Positions 40,000 to 53,112 of a DNA stretch of 64,000 bases are shown in pieces. The stretch lies in contig NC_068982.1 in the NCBI RefSeq assembly GCF_001194135.2, forward strand, positions 172,949,192-173,013,191, in the 5' to 3' direction. The notes under the pieces were generated by a model that was not told where the DNA came from, did no database searches, and saw only the letters and a list, made by a program, of their open reading frames with translations. The position numbers and the translations under genes are program-made. Every line of letters starts with the position of its first letter. Positions within the stretch are counted from its first letter, which is position 1. The stretch comes from Octopus bimaculoides (Eukaryota).

Positions 40000-42900
40000 A
40001 TAAATATCATTTAAAGTCTGTGAACAAAACCACCCTTGTTCTCTTTTATTCTCTTTTGTTTTCATTTTACCTTTGTTTTAGTTGAGTTTTGTTGCTTTTT
40101 GATACCATTTTTCTGTTAGCTTATTTATTCTTGTTCTTTTTGTTTTCTTATTTATTTATCTATCTACCTCGGTTTATGTTCTGTATGTGGGTGTCGTAAA
40201 GTAAATATCTGTTAATCAAACCGACTCTTTTTCATCGCCGTTCCAATCCTCGTTTTGAGCCAGTTGTTCAACTATTATTATTTAACTTATTGTCTTCAGT
40301 GGTAGAATCAGTGATAGGTAAGTGTGTGTGTGTGTTACAAATAGTTTTGATGTGAGTTCGATTCACGACTGAGTTGCAGCAAGCAATTCATTGCGGTTTC
40401 GCCTTCAAAGTCATGGCCTCCGTTTTAGTAGTCAGCGTGCACGCACGCACACACATGCGCTCGTCAAAAATGAATGAAGTTAAGAAATTGACTTCTGGAT
40501 GGCGACCCAACGTCCCATTAAAGTTTTGTCGTTTATGCTAGCAGACGTTCAACGTATTTTGGGTTGCATGGTGGTAAGGCCATGACGAACGGATTTAGTG
40601 TTCGATGTCTCCACACGGTCTTCACACGTATAAGTCAACCTGCCCGCCATTTTTGTCAGTAAATTCTGGCGTGATGCTGCAAAATACGGTAGATGTTAAA
40701 TAGATATTGCAGAATTAGACAGCATTTATAGACGGAGATTAGAACACGTTTGCCTCGGTTAAAAGTTAATTTGGAGTGGTGGTGATTGATCCCTTCATCC
40801 ATGAATGGCTGTCCGTGACTAAAACTCCAACTGGTCGACTCGGATTCGTCCGAGAGCGAAAATATCGATTACGGAAGTAGCATGTGCATGAACGGTAAAG
40901 TCACTTGAATGATAGGCTACTGTCGTCCTATTCACCGTTATGCAGTGATAAAGAAACTGTATTTTTCACCTGCTTACTATAAGAGACAAGGAAATACAGA
41001 AATCGTAATAGACCGATCAAGAAGCATTTATTTTTCTTTTTTTCTTTTCAATCCTTTGACATTCAGGTTCCTCTGTCGAATGTAATGCTTATTTATTCAC
41101 ATTGTTTTGAACTGGTCATGCATTTTCTCGCAGCTACAAGATTTAGATGACCTGATTGTTTAGTTTTAGAATGACATTGTAGGGTAGGTGTGACACGCTG
41201 GATATGGCCAATTTGAACTTAAAGCAAGTAGAATATCTGGGCCTGGTATGGCCGGTTTAAAACATGTTGCTTCTCTGATTTTGTAGTGTTCTACTTTCTC
41301 TTTCATAATCCTCCTTTCCCACCCTCCTCCTCCTCCACTTCTATCCAGTCCTTCTCCTCCCCTCCCTCCTAACACCCACACTTTTTCCTCTCCCACGCTG
41401 ACACCTTTCTATTTACGGTAAATTGGCGGCAGGGGGTACTTACTAATCTACACCCACCCCTCGAGAGGTGTGCCACCCACCGCCCTTTCAGACAGTGGTG
41501 GGAGATGAGTAAGGGTGTGTGGTGGTAGTGGAAGGCATTAGGTTAATTGTAGAGTGGTGTGGTCGGAACAACTGAGAGAAAGAGAGAGAGAGAGAGTCTG
41601 TCTCTTTCTGTCTCTAACCTTAAACAGCTGCTTGGCTTCAAGGTCCATCGTGTTCCACTGCAAGCTCACTGCTTGTCTATTATGTATTCACACACACACA
41701 CATACACACACACAACTCAAGATTATGATGATGATGATGTGTGTGTGTGTGTGTGTATCTATATATATATATTATAGTCTTGTGCGTATGAGTAAATAAA
41801 AGAACAATGATGTAGTGGTAGTGGTGGTGGTGGTTAAAGGGCTGAGTACATGATGATGGGAAATGTGTGTCGAGTGTAGTGGGGGTAGGGATGCGATTGT
41901 TGTGGCAGGTGAGCTGATATATGCTGAGTGTGTGAATGCATGCATGTGTATATGTGTGTGAATGAGTGCATATGTGTTATGTGTATATGTAGGCATATAA
42001 TGTGTGTGTACAAACAAGCGTATATAAACACTCACACATACGTGAGCGTTTGTAATGAATATCTGTAGACAAAGATCCCGAACACATAATAGCGTACGCG
42101 AATCTGTACGCGTACACGCACACACAAAACTATGTACACGTACGAATAAAATCACATAGCCATAAGCGTATATATAAATAGCACATACATACATAATACG
42201 TACGTACGCATCCAAACAACCAACCGTCATACTTGGAAATCTACAAACACGCCTTCTGACAGTTTTTTTTTACCACTTGAGAAATTTCACAAATGGTTTC
42301 GTTTATCTAATTAGGGTTTAATTAATGTGAAAGAAAACGACAGTGACTACAACAAGTATAACAAAAATAAAGTATGGGGCGTGGTAAAAGGGAAAGAGTT
42401 TCAAGTTGATACCCAAGTGCCTAAGTTCAAACCGCCGTGATAAGAAGATGGATAAGATATGCTAGAATATTTTATTATTTCCAGATTGAGGGCCGTGAAG
42501 GCGGTTGGGCGACCCTAGTTTAGTGCTGTGCTGAACTTAAAACGTTTAAACTTCGTAAAAGGGACGTTCTTAGCAGAATCATTGTTGGCAGTAAGGTGGA
42601 TGAAATATCTACCAACTACAATGGCTGTAGGATTTTTTAAAAAAACGTACCTTCAAGGAAGCCTTCCGTGGATATTTTCTTCCTTCGGTCATGTTGCTGT
42701 GTACTTAATTTATAATTAGTATCAGTACGTTTCTTTTATTTACATGCAGACTGATCGTTCCTAGCTTCTTCAACAACGTAGAATGTTTCACTGAGCAGAC
42801 CGCATTCCACTGTGTCTGTTGCTTTATCTTATTGGCTTTATAGAGGTCAAAGCTACTCCAATATGTATTGCTTATATTAGCAGGAAAACCACCCTTAGGT

Positions 42901-45900
42901 TAGTTTATGTAATACGTATACTTTGTATGGTATCTCCATTTTTCGTAGTGACCACATGTTCCCGTGTGTCTTTCCTTTAACCCACAGTGTCAAAAACTCC
43001 GACCAAATGATCTAATTGTAGTTATTTAACTCGTTTCTTTTAGATTAAAAAATAACCAAGAAAAAGATTTTATTTAACACGCCCATTTGTATTTCACTGA
43101 CATTTCCTGAAGAATTTCCCTTCATCCCAGAACAGTGGAAACGACGCTTATATTTGAAAATATGTCTGTTAACGCCATCGTCTTTCCCATTTTGTGTTAA
43201 TTTTTTTTAAAATCTGTCTTTCGAGTGGTATAACCCCCACCTGTGGTCAGTCCTAGATTTATATGAATTGGTTCCCATTTATAATCGGTGTTGGAATTTA
43301 CAATGCATCTCGTCTCATTCTTATATAAAATGCAAAGTACAAACACGACGAACTCCGAAGTACCTCGAAGCATTGCACAATCCAAGGGCAAGGTAATCCT
43401 GTGTATGTGTGTAACTGGTGTTTGACACTATTCAGAATGGACAGTCTTCTTTAGAACCGCTTCCAATTCTGTCAAGTTCCTTCATAGAATAAACTTTACA
43501 ATAGCAAAGTGATCTCATAGAAATATATAACACCAAATGACGAGCGAGGACAAAGTTCGGTCAATTTTTAGAATAGGAGTGAGGTACATAAGTGAATAAG
43601 TAATATTGTAAAATTCATTCTTTGAAGGAACTTAACTGAATTAGGAATGGCTCTCGAGAGAAATACAACAGGTAGGACCGGCGGTTATTTTATGGATCTT
43701 GGGAAGATGAAAAGCAAAATGCAGTCAGCTTGCGCGCGATTTGAACCCTGTTTGTAAAAATACCACGATTACTTTCATTCCGATCTCTGTCTCTTCTGCC
43801 ATCGTTGTAAACTAGTCACGGGCAAACTACGGCTTGAAGAACTTTGTGAATGGCACGTTCACTTTCGCGAAGGAAATAACGTCTTTTAGTAGTGCCGCCC
43901 GTCAGATGAGGAGCCACGTCTCATGCGGCCCGCTTCTCGAAAAAGGTTGCCGATGTTTGCTTAACCATTCTGTGCTGTACAGTACATCGATTTGTTTCTT
44001 CCTTGTTCGGAAGGTTGGGCGTTTGCGTCATGAGTTCAAAACCGGGTGAGGTCAACTGCATTTCATCTTTATGGAGGACAGGAAATAAGTTAAGTAGACG
44101 TGTCGTTGCTTTGGCAACCCCCTATTACACAAGCACATGAAAGGGAAAATACAGAAAGGGATGGGTGGGCGGATATGTATGTGCGTATGTAACTATCCCT
44201 CTTCATGTGTACATATCTTTCTGTACACACACACACAAACACACACACACACACATATATATGTATATATTCTGATGATTACTCCGAACGTATGAAAGCG
44301 CTAACTGAGCTTTCTGAACATTACAAAATGTTTTTTTAATGTTTAACACACATCAACATTGTAAAAGAGATTTTTTTTTAAATACTGTAATAAAAAAAAA
44401 CGTGAAAACCTGACCATGTTGTGACTTTATTCAACTGATATGTTATTCTATACACATTCGCACAAATTCGGAGGNNNNNNNNNNNNNNNNNNNNNNNNNN
44501 NNNNNNNNNNNNNNNNNNNNNNNNNNNNNNNNNNNNNNNNNNNNNNNNNNNNNNNNNNNNNNNNNNNNNNNNNNNNNNNNNNNNNNNNNNNNNNNNNNNN
44601 NNNNNNNNNNNNNNNNNNNNNNNNNNNNNNNNNNNNNNNNNNNNNNNNNNNNNNNNNNNNNNNNNNNNNNNNNNNNNNNNNNNNNNNNNNNNNNNNNNNN
44701 NNNNNNNNNNNNNNNNNNNNNNNNNNNNNNNNNNNNNNNNNNNNNNNNNNNNNNNNNNNNNNNNNNNNNNNNNNNNNNNNNNNNNNNNNNNNNNNNNNNN
44801 NNNNNNNNNNNNNNNNNNNNNNNNNNNNNNNNNNNNNNNNNNNNNNNNNNNNNNNNNNNNNNNNNNNNNNNNNNNNNNNNNNNNNNNNNNNNNNNNNNNN
44901 NNNNNNNNNNNNNNNNNNNNNNNNNNNNNNNNNNNNNNNNNNNNNNNNNNNNNNNNNNNNNNNNNNNNNNNNNNNNNNNNNNNNNNNNNNNNNNNNNNNN
45001 NNNNNNNNNNNNNNNNNNNNNNNNNNNNNNNNNNNNNNNNNNNNNNNNNNNNNNNNNNNNNNNNNNNNNNNNNNNNNNNNNNNNNNNNNNNNNNNNNNNN
45101 NNNNNNNNNNNNNNNNNNNNNNNNNNNNNNNNNNNNNNNNNNNNNNNNNNNNNNNNNNNNNNNNNNNNNNNNNNNNNNNNNNNNNNNNNNNNNNNNNNNN
45201 NNNNNNNNNNNNNNNNNNNNNNNNNNNNNNNNNNNNNNNNNNNNNNNNNNNNNNNNNNNNNNNNNNNNNNNNNNNNNNNNNNNNNNNNNNNNNNNNNNNN
45301 NNNNNNNNNNNNNNNNNNNNNNNNNNNNNNNNNNNNNNNNNNNNNNNNNNNNNNNNNNNNNNNNNNNNNNNNNNNNNNNNNNNNNNNNNNNNNNNNNNNN
45401 NNNNNNNNNNNNNNNNNNNNNNNNNNNNNNNNNNNNNACACACACACACACATATATGCATGCATATTGTTTATATTATATAAAGTTAAGTTAAATGTTT
45501 TTAGGAAGTAAACTTTGAAAAATTGCATTCCCTCGCTTTCGGTAAATATCTGCTTATTTTTGGTAGTTTTGACTTATTTAGTCCCTCTAAGCGTGAGGCA
45601 TTATTATATAGTAATGCCCTTATATAAATTACGGGAAAAAACGATGGGTTTTTTTCCTTATGGGTTTTTTCACGCTGACTACTTGATAAATTCTTATAAA
45701 GATTTTATCCTATATTATATTATATATATATATATATGTGTATTCTTTAGTTAATTAAAAACTATTTTCAACCGTAAATAGTGATATTTTCTATATGTAG
45801 AAAACGCACTTGGAAATTTTTCTAGTGTGTGTGTATGTGTTAACTTTCTGTTCTCAAGTATATACGCAATAAATATGTAGTATCAAAGATTCACTACCTT

Positions 45901-46285
45901 GATTGACTTCCGTAGGTGTACAACAAATGCTTGTTTTTACCTACTCTCTTTGGCTATAACCTTTTTTTTTTTTTTTTACATAGCCACGTTTTGTTTTGAT
46001 TTAAAGAAGAAACAAACAACTTATGTAATAATATTTCTTATCCATGTTTGCTATCTTTCCATTTTGAGATAATGAGAGAATGGGATAAAAGCGATATGTT
46101 AATTTTTTTTTTTCTCTTCTTTCTCTACTGTGTGATTTTCAGGAAAGTCGGTTTGTGTTGTCTAGTCAAGGGGGACAACTGTTGTTGGTATATATATATA
46201 TATATATATATGCTCGTGTCGCAATGAATAGAATGTTTTCTGCTGTCTCGATAAAAAAAAGGGCCGGATTGAGTAAACTTTAACT

Positions 46286-46320
<35 letters not shown>

Positions 46321-47032
46321 AAAGTTAGTGTTTGAGTTGATGTTAGTAGTTAGTGGTCATCTACAATCTAGGTTTGATTACTCGTTGAGCGATTTCATTT
46401 ATTCGGTCGAATCACCCACACATATATANNNNNNNNNNNNNNNNNNNNNNNNNNNNNNNNNNNNNNNNNNNNNNNNNNNNNNNNNNNNNNNNNNNNNNNN
46501 NNNNNNNNNNNNNNNNNNNNNNNNNNNNNNNNNNNNNNNNNNNNNNNNNNNNNNNNNNNNNNNNNNNNNNNNNNNNNNNNNNNNNNNNNNNNNNNNNNNN
46601 NNNNNNNNNNNNNNNNNNNNNNNNNNNNNNNNNNNNNNNNNNNNNNNNNNNNNNNNNNNNNNNNNNNNNNNNNNNNNNNNNNNNNNNNNNNNNNNNNNNN
46701 NNNNNNNNNNNNNNNNNNNNNNNNNNNNNNNNNNNNNNNNNNNNNNNNNNNNNNNNNNNNNNNNNNNNNNNNNNNNNNNNNNNNNNNNNNNNNNNNNNNN
46801 NNNNNNNNNNNNNNNNNNNNNNNNNNNNNNNNNNNNNNNNNNNNNNNNNNNNNNNNNNNNNNNNNNNNNNATATTGGCTCCAATATTTGACTGGTACTTG
46901 AAAAGGATGAAAGGCGAAGTTCAAACCTCGGCAGGATTTCAGCTCAGAGCGCAGAGTTGGGTGGAATACTGCGAGGTATTTTATCCAAAGCTCTCAATGT
47001 ATTCCCCCAATGTATTGCTCTTAATAATAATA

Positions 47033-47575
47033 AATGCCCTGATGCAGTACCAGGCAGCGGCTCTCATGGCTTCTGATCTTTATTGATTGAAAGTGTTATC
47101 ATGTCTTGGTATAAAAGATGGGCACAGCAAATATTCTGCTTAATAGCACAGATTTGTTTGTCAGTTGTTTGACTTTAACCAGTTGAGCATATCCCTTAGT
47201 GGCTGACAATATGGGCATCTCTGGTCACGATCAGACGTAGCGGGGAAGCATCATAGCCATGTGTTGAGAGGATTTCTTTGGGGTTTGAATAATTCGCTCC
47301 TGGAAATATGGGTGTTTTGCTCAGCAACCTTAAACAAACCTTATTCAGGGACCTTTTAAGCGGGATGGGCTACTCGACCTGAAGAAAATTCTAACTGGGC
47401 CCCACTTGCAAGGTCATGCGCTGTTTGTCTTGATATGAGATCACCATGTCGTGCACATATGGCTGTGATGCATGTGCCTGGTGCACCCTTATCAGACGGG
47501 TAGTCATGTGGGTATATTGGGCTTCGCATATTTTATCCCAGTGTCACTTTGATGGCATGCGCTTCTCTCTCACTC
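47033..47575 (+). mobile_element. Retroposon family F, longer copy
   Basis: Colinear with 36600-37057, with about 80 extra bases at the 5' end. Confidence 0.8.
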
Positions 47576-47616
47576 GCTCAGTTATATTCATTTTAACAGA
47601 CAGCTGAATCGGTTAT

Positions 47617-47657
47617 GCTTCGATGAGATCAAATAAGACCGAAACATGCCCCGGAGT
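47617..47657 (+). ncRNA. Heavily decayed hammerhead-like motif
   Basis: GCTTC-GATGA-GATC-AAATAA-GACC-GAAA-CATG-CC-CCGGAGT: palindromic CATG after GAAA and GCTTCG/CGGAGT complementarity, but the CUGA core is broken. Confidence 0.3.
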
Positions 47658-47757
47658 CAGTCTCTCTCTCTCCGCTCGGAATAAACGATTAATTTATAGT
47701 GGGAACAGTTGTAAGCTAATAAAGTTCATAGGATAATCGTTTATTCCTTTGTCATCG

Positions 47758-47794
<37 letters not shown>

Positions 47795-48354
47795 TTTCCC
47801 CTGCTGTGACACCCCTTTATAAAACGCAAACTTAACAAAAAAATCCTACCCTTTGAAAACAATCACATACTCCCGTTTTCTCATAGCGGTTATTATAGAG
47901 TTGCAGAAACGGAACAACGAGGAAGCCCCCTGCGCCCTCCCCTTGTTCTGCGTATTACTGGGGACAACATATAAAATTACTGAAAAGATTTTCTTTTAAA
48001 TGTTTCAAAATTACAAATTTTGTAAAAATATAGTTTACTATTATTGCTGCTTATCGTGTTTTAGTAATAGTATTTTGAATAACTCAAGCTGTTAAAGCAT
48101 TTATGTGGATTTTGAAAGACCTTAAAATTCAATTTTTAGAAACTCGCGGCGTGTCAAGATACCGTTTTTGAGGATCTAGGCGCGTCCTCAGAGAATCATT
48201 GCCGTACACTGTGCGCATGGTGCTTTAACAAGCTAGAAATTGCAGTCAAAATACCCTTAAAATCACACACTTTACTGCTTTAAAGAGAGAGCAAGAGACA
48301 GACAGACAGAGAAGCCAATATTTCTGAGATGAGGTGAAAAAAAAAAAAAAAAAG

Positions 48355-48543
48355 TAACTGGTTGGCCACAGTTGAAACGGGTTCAGTGACGTCGCAACTC
48401 ATTTCTACAGCTGAGTGAACAGGATCAACGTGAAATGAGTGTCTTGCTCAAGAACACAACACACAGTCCGATCCGGGAATCGAACCCACAACTTCATCAC
48501 GATTGTTAGCCTGACGCTCTAACCACTGAGTCATGCACCTTCA
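48355..48543 (-). mobile_element. SINE family D (tRNA head + GTTCTTGAGCAAGACAC domain)
   Basis: Minus strand has TCAGTGGTTAGAGCG, GGGTTCGATTCCC and a CORE/V-like body; an older copy lies at about 50645-50838 (-). Confidence 0.75.
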
Positions 48544-49629
48544 CAACACACACAGGATGGTCGTAGATGGAGAGCCTTTGCTCAAAATCTGCTAGGTCGC
48601 TTTGGGCCTAAACAACCACAGCATTTTTCGAATTTAGCGTTGAGTGTGTGTGTGTGTGTGTGCTTCTCGTTCCAAAAAATGCACGTGAAACTTTGCGACT
48701 TTGCATATTTGTGTGTCTGATTGACCGCGATACGAAGAAGGGGGTGACTGATCAATTTCACTGGGGGTTCCCCCCTCCTCTTCACATCGCTGTTTTCATC
48801 TTTCTCTGCCCGACATTTTCTCTTTCTCCCTCCCTCCATCTCACTCTCATATTTCTTTTGTCATGGACTCTATTGTCCTACACTATTCTCTCATATTTTC
48901 TCTTCATCTTTCACACACACACACACACACACTAGCTCTACACGCTTCTATGTGTCTAAACGCCCAGCTTCTCTCCTTCTCTCTCACTTTTCTTTGTGGT
49001 CTAACTCCTATTCTCTCTTCTTCCCCCTCTCTTTTTTTCTACATCTCTCTCTCTCTCTCTCTGTTTACCTCCCCCGCTCTGTCCATCTTTGTCTGAATGT
49101 TTGCTGTTTTTTCATCTCTTTCTCCTCTCTCTCTCCCTCACTACTCTGTAGAAGTCACAACGTGTTTTTATGTGTCTGTGTGTTCGCGCCTCTAAATATT
49201 ACATCCACAAGGCGAGGTGAAGTAAGTACCTGGAGTAGTGTAAAAGAGGCGGAGGGTTCGGTGGGCAGCTGGGTAGGTAAGATACTGACTGACTGGGTTG
49301 GTCGGTTGATTGATTGATTCGGAGATGAGGAGGTGTTATCGTAACGTAAAGTGGAGGAAGCTGTACACACANNNNNNNNNNATATATATTGAATGTGTGT
49401 GTGTGTGTGTGGTGTTAAATGCGTGCTTTATTTATTTTGAAACCTCGTCTCTGATTGGTCAGCTTGTTTATTTGCTAAAATCACTTCGCAGTAGTTCTGT
49501 GTATGTGTGTGTGTGAAATATGCATGTTTACCTGCGCGTGGGGGTGTTTCCCATTTACAGGATTAACGAACAAATTATTGGTACCCCAATGCCACCAATG
49601 TTAACTACCATTTATTACTACTATCACTC

Positions 49630-49662
<33 letters not shown>

Positions 49663-50218
49663 ATTGCTATGTATATATATATACTATTATTTTCTGTTAA
49701 TATTTTGCAACCGCCATAATTGCAAACACCACTACGATTAATAGTAATATAACCATTATTTCTAATTTAGGCACAAAGCCAACGGTTTCGAGGGGGCGGG
49801 TGGGGATTTTAGTCGACTGCATCGAACCATCCCACCTCACCCCACTCCCTTACAAGAGTTGAAAGGTAAAGTGGACCTCTGCGGAATATGAAACTTAAAA
49901 TGTAAAAGAGATGGGTTTTTCTTTTGTGGGGCAGCGGATTAGCAGGGTCGTTAGAGGGCCCTAGCGTTTTTTAAAATTTTTATTTTATTTTTTACCAGGA
50001 TCTTTTTTACGTCACGATTTCAAATCTCGTCGTGGTCAGATTGAAACTCTTCATTCTTCGGAACTGGTGATGGGGTTCTATAAAATAAAAACAGCAGCCA
50101 AGTCTTGGGTGGGAGGTTAAGCTAAATTACCAGTCGAGTTACTTGGAGGCGATTTTAATCGGATAATCCACATCAGCCGTAAGATTCAGATCCTTGCATA
50201 ACAACGGGGCCCCGAAAT

Positions 50219-50477
50219 CAGTGGTTCCCCAACATATTTTTTCTTTTTTTTTTTACCTATGGACCCCTCTGATTCATAGGTGAAAAATTGTTGAGGGGTG
50301 GACCCTCATAAACATTCGATGTTTAAGAGAATCGTATTATATCTATTTTGTTAAATATTATTAGGAAATGTATTTAGAAACGTTTAAATATTTTGTATAT
50401 TGTAGAAGTGTGGCCACATTTATTTCATATAAATCTTAATTACAAAATCTTATGTGGACTCCGGTTGAGAGCCATTG
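50219..50477. mobile_element. Old hAT-type MITE
   Basis: CAGTGGTTCCCCAAC / GTTGAGAGCCATTG termini and internal GGACCCCT as in the 12408 family; no TSD. Confidence 0.4.
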
Positions 50478-51032
50478 TCCTCCACAATAAATATCCAAGT
50501 GACACACTGATTGGAGAATATGGTTGTCACATCAGTGTTACTCACATCTTGTCATTCACCCATATGTGTTTATGATATGGTAATCCCTGGATATCGCTGT
50601 CTCGAGTCCTCTTAGAACCCCTAAGGGCCGGTTATCCGGTCTCCATGTGACTGGTCCCCTAAACGGGACGCCAGTCTGTCAAAAGCGATACTCGTTTACA
50701 GTGCAGCTGTATGAATTGGAACAACATGGAAAATGGAGTGATTTTGCTCAGGAACCCAAACGCACTGCCTGATTCAGGAATCGAAATCCCGATGTTACGA
50801 TCGTGAGTGCAACACCTTATTCACTGGGCCACGCACCTTTATATGCATATTTTCAAAAGCGGATCCCGTTTAAAATAAAAATTACAAAAGAACAAAGCAA
50901 AATGAAATATTATATAGTTTCCTTGTCTTATAAAAATTACATGTTTAATTACTATATGAATAATAATGATAAAAACAATTTATTCTTTTATTGGCCACAA
51001 GGGCTAATATAAATTATACATAAAAGACAACA

Positions 51033-51253
51033 ATAGTCCTTTCTACTACAGGCACAAAGCCTGAAATTGTGGGGAAGGGGGATAGTCGATTACATTGATC
51101 GCCAGTGTGTAACTGGTACTTAATTTACAGCTCCCCGAAAGGATGAAAGGCAAAGTTGACCTCGGCGGAATTTGAACTCAGAACATAGCGACTGGCGAAA
51201 CACTGTTAACCATTTCACCCGGCGTGCTAATGATTCTGCCAGCTCGCCGCCTA
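51033..51253 (-). mobile_element. SINE family A
   Basis: Full-length match; a more degenerate copy follows at about 51295-51530. Confidence 0.8.
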
Positions 51254-52561
51254 ATTAATAATGATGATGGGTGTCTCGATATAAGTAATACAAAAGTTGT
51301 TTCTAGCAGAGGCAGAAGGCCTGAAATTTGTAGAAGAGAGTAGGATAAAGTCATCGATACCAGTAAACTGACTAGTACATTATCGATCTCCAAAGGTATA
51401 GGCTTAATCGACTGCGACCTAGCTTCTTTTTCTTCTTCCTTTCCTAACACACACATACACACACATTCTCATGCGCGCGAATAATAGATTTGACCTCAGT
51501 GAAATTTGAACTCGGCGTAAAGGAAGCTATAGTTCATACTGTAAGGCTCTAACAAGTCTGCTTATAATCTACCGCTTTATGTGTGTGTGTGTGTGTGTAT
51601 AATTACATGTAGACACACACACACACACATATATATATACACGCACACATACATAGGTGTGTGTGTGTGTGTGTATTCACTCCGTTTCTTTACCTGTTCT
51701 TGAAGGGAGTGGCTATTGTAGTGTCAGCAATAAAAAACTAGCTTCTTCATGATTAATTGTTGCACACTCATCATCTCTTTCTTCTGCTTTTCTCTCTTTC
51801 TTTCGCCACACACACACACACACATACGCAATGACATACACATTACACCCAACACGAACTCAGTCATTCCAAAGCACACGACAAACCTTACACTCACACT
51901 AACACACATACATTCCTAAAGTATTATACTTTTTTTGTTGTATAGCACCCGAGGACTCTCATTGGATGATATAGTCTTTGTTATATGTGCAAAAAGAAAA
52001 AAAGCCCTCCAAATATGTAGATATAGCAAAATTTACAGAATGGTCACTGTTAGAACACCTTTGACCATAGCAAACAGCTACACGAACTCTCTGAGATCAG
52101 AACTCGCAAAACTATTGAATAGTCTAAATCCCACATTATAGCTTATTTGCCGGGTCGTTTGACTGTGACCAGAAACTAAATAGGATCTGATTTAATTCTT
52201 TCTACCTGCAGAAGTTTCTTTCCACCTAATTCCTTAGAGAAGAAAAGAAAAATAAAGTTAAATAAATACAAAAAAGGGTGTGAGTTGACACATACCGAAA
52301 AATAGTCTACTGTTGTTTTTCCGAGTTAACCTTGGTCGANNNNNNNNNNNNNNNNNNNNNNNNNNNNNNNNNNNNNNNNNNNNNNNNNNNNNNNNNNNNN
52401 NNNNNNNNNNNNNNNNNNNNNNNNNNNNNNNNNNNNNNNNNNNNNNNNNNNNNNNNNNNNNNNNNGTGATGAAAGAGTTGGTCCAGTTCTTCTGACCAAC
52501 TCCTCTTTTTCTTCTTCTTTTTTTTGTTATAGTCACAATGTACCCATTTAATTGTCTAAGT

Positions 52562-52810
52562 CAGGGGTTTTCAAACTTTTTGACTTGCGGACCCCTTTAT
52601 ATTTCAGGCTTTATGAAATTTATACATAAATATTTGCTTAAAATAACATATATTTTTACATTTATTTATTTAACAGTATTTAACAAATAGGTTTATTGTC
52701 AATTAAAAGATTTCGATTAAAAAAACATATATGAAATCAAATTGCCTATAAAAAGTATTTGCTGTCCACGGACCCCCTGTGGTCCGTGGACCACAGTTTG
52801 AAAACCCCTG
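52562..52810. mobile_element. hAT (Charlie-like) MITE, second copy of the 12408 family
   Basis: Same TIRs and near-identical interior, with a short internal deletion; TSD GTCTAAGT / GTCTAAAT (7/8). Confidence 0.88.
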
Positions 52811-53112
52811 GTCTAAATGATCTTCTTTTGTTGATGTACTGTGAGACAAAATTTGGTCTTTATTTCTTGCAGATACTTAGAGGTTCTTTGTTTAGTTCGG
52901 AGTGTAAGAAGTTCTGGTTGTTTCACTCCAGGTCGTCTCTGACCATTGCAAGAACTATGATCCTGTCTTTCATTCCTTGCCAATATATCCTGTATCACAT
53001 TGTAATTGTGAGCTTAATGAGGATTTTAATCAGTGAGAGTTTGAGAGCGCTTGTAGGGAAACCCAAGCACGTTCTTTTTAGTATTATTATTATTATTATT
53101 ATTATCATTATC

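Larger units (their letters stand above)
2337..52465. other. Fifteen assembly gaps (~5.3 kb of N in total)
   Basis: 2337-3100, 4025-4302, 7322-7425, 11452-11648, 18191-18688, 19180-19427, 21032-21328, 28734-29498, 35279-35336, 38303-38312, 38989-39571, 44475-45437, 46429-46870, 49372-49381, 52340-52465. Confidence 0.99.

Noticed and set aside
20111-48543. tRNA-like heads (20111, 24155, 34389, 48543 and SINE A/B heads)
   Set aside because: A/B boxes are present but the cloverleaf stems are broken and SINE bodies follow; not functional tRNA genes.
2161-52536. Long ORFs in the track that contain X runs
   Set aside because: They are open only because they cross N gaps; the flanks translate microsatellites or SINEs.
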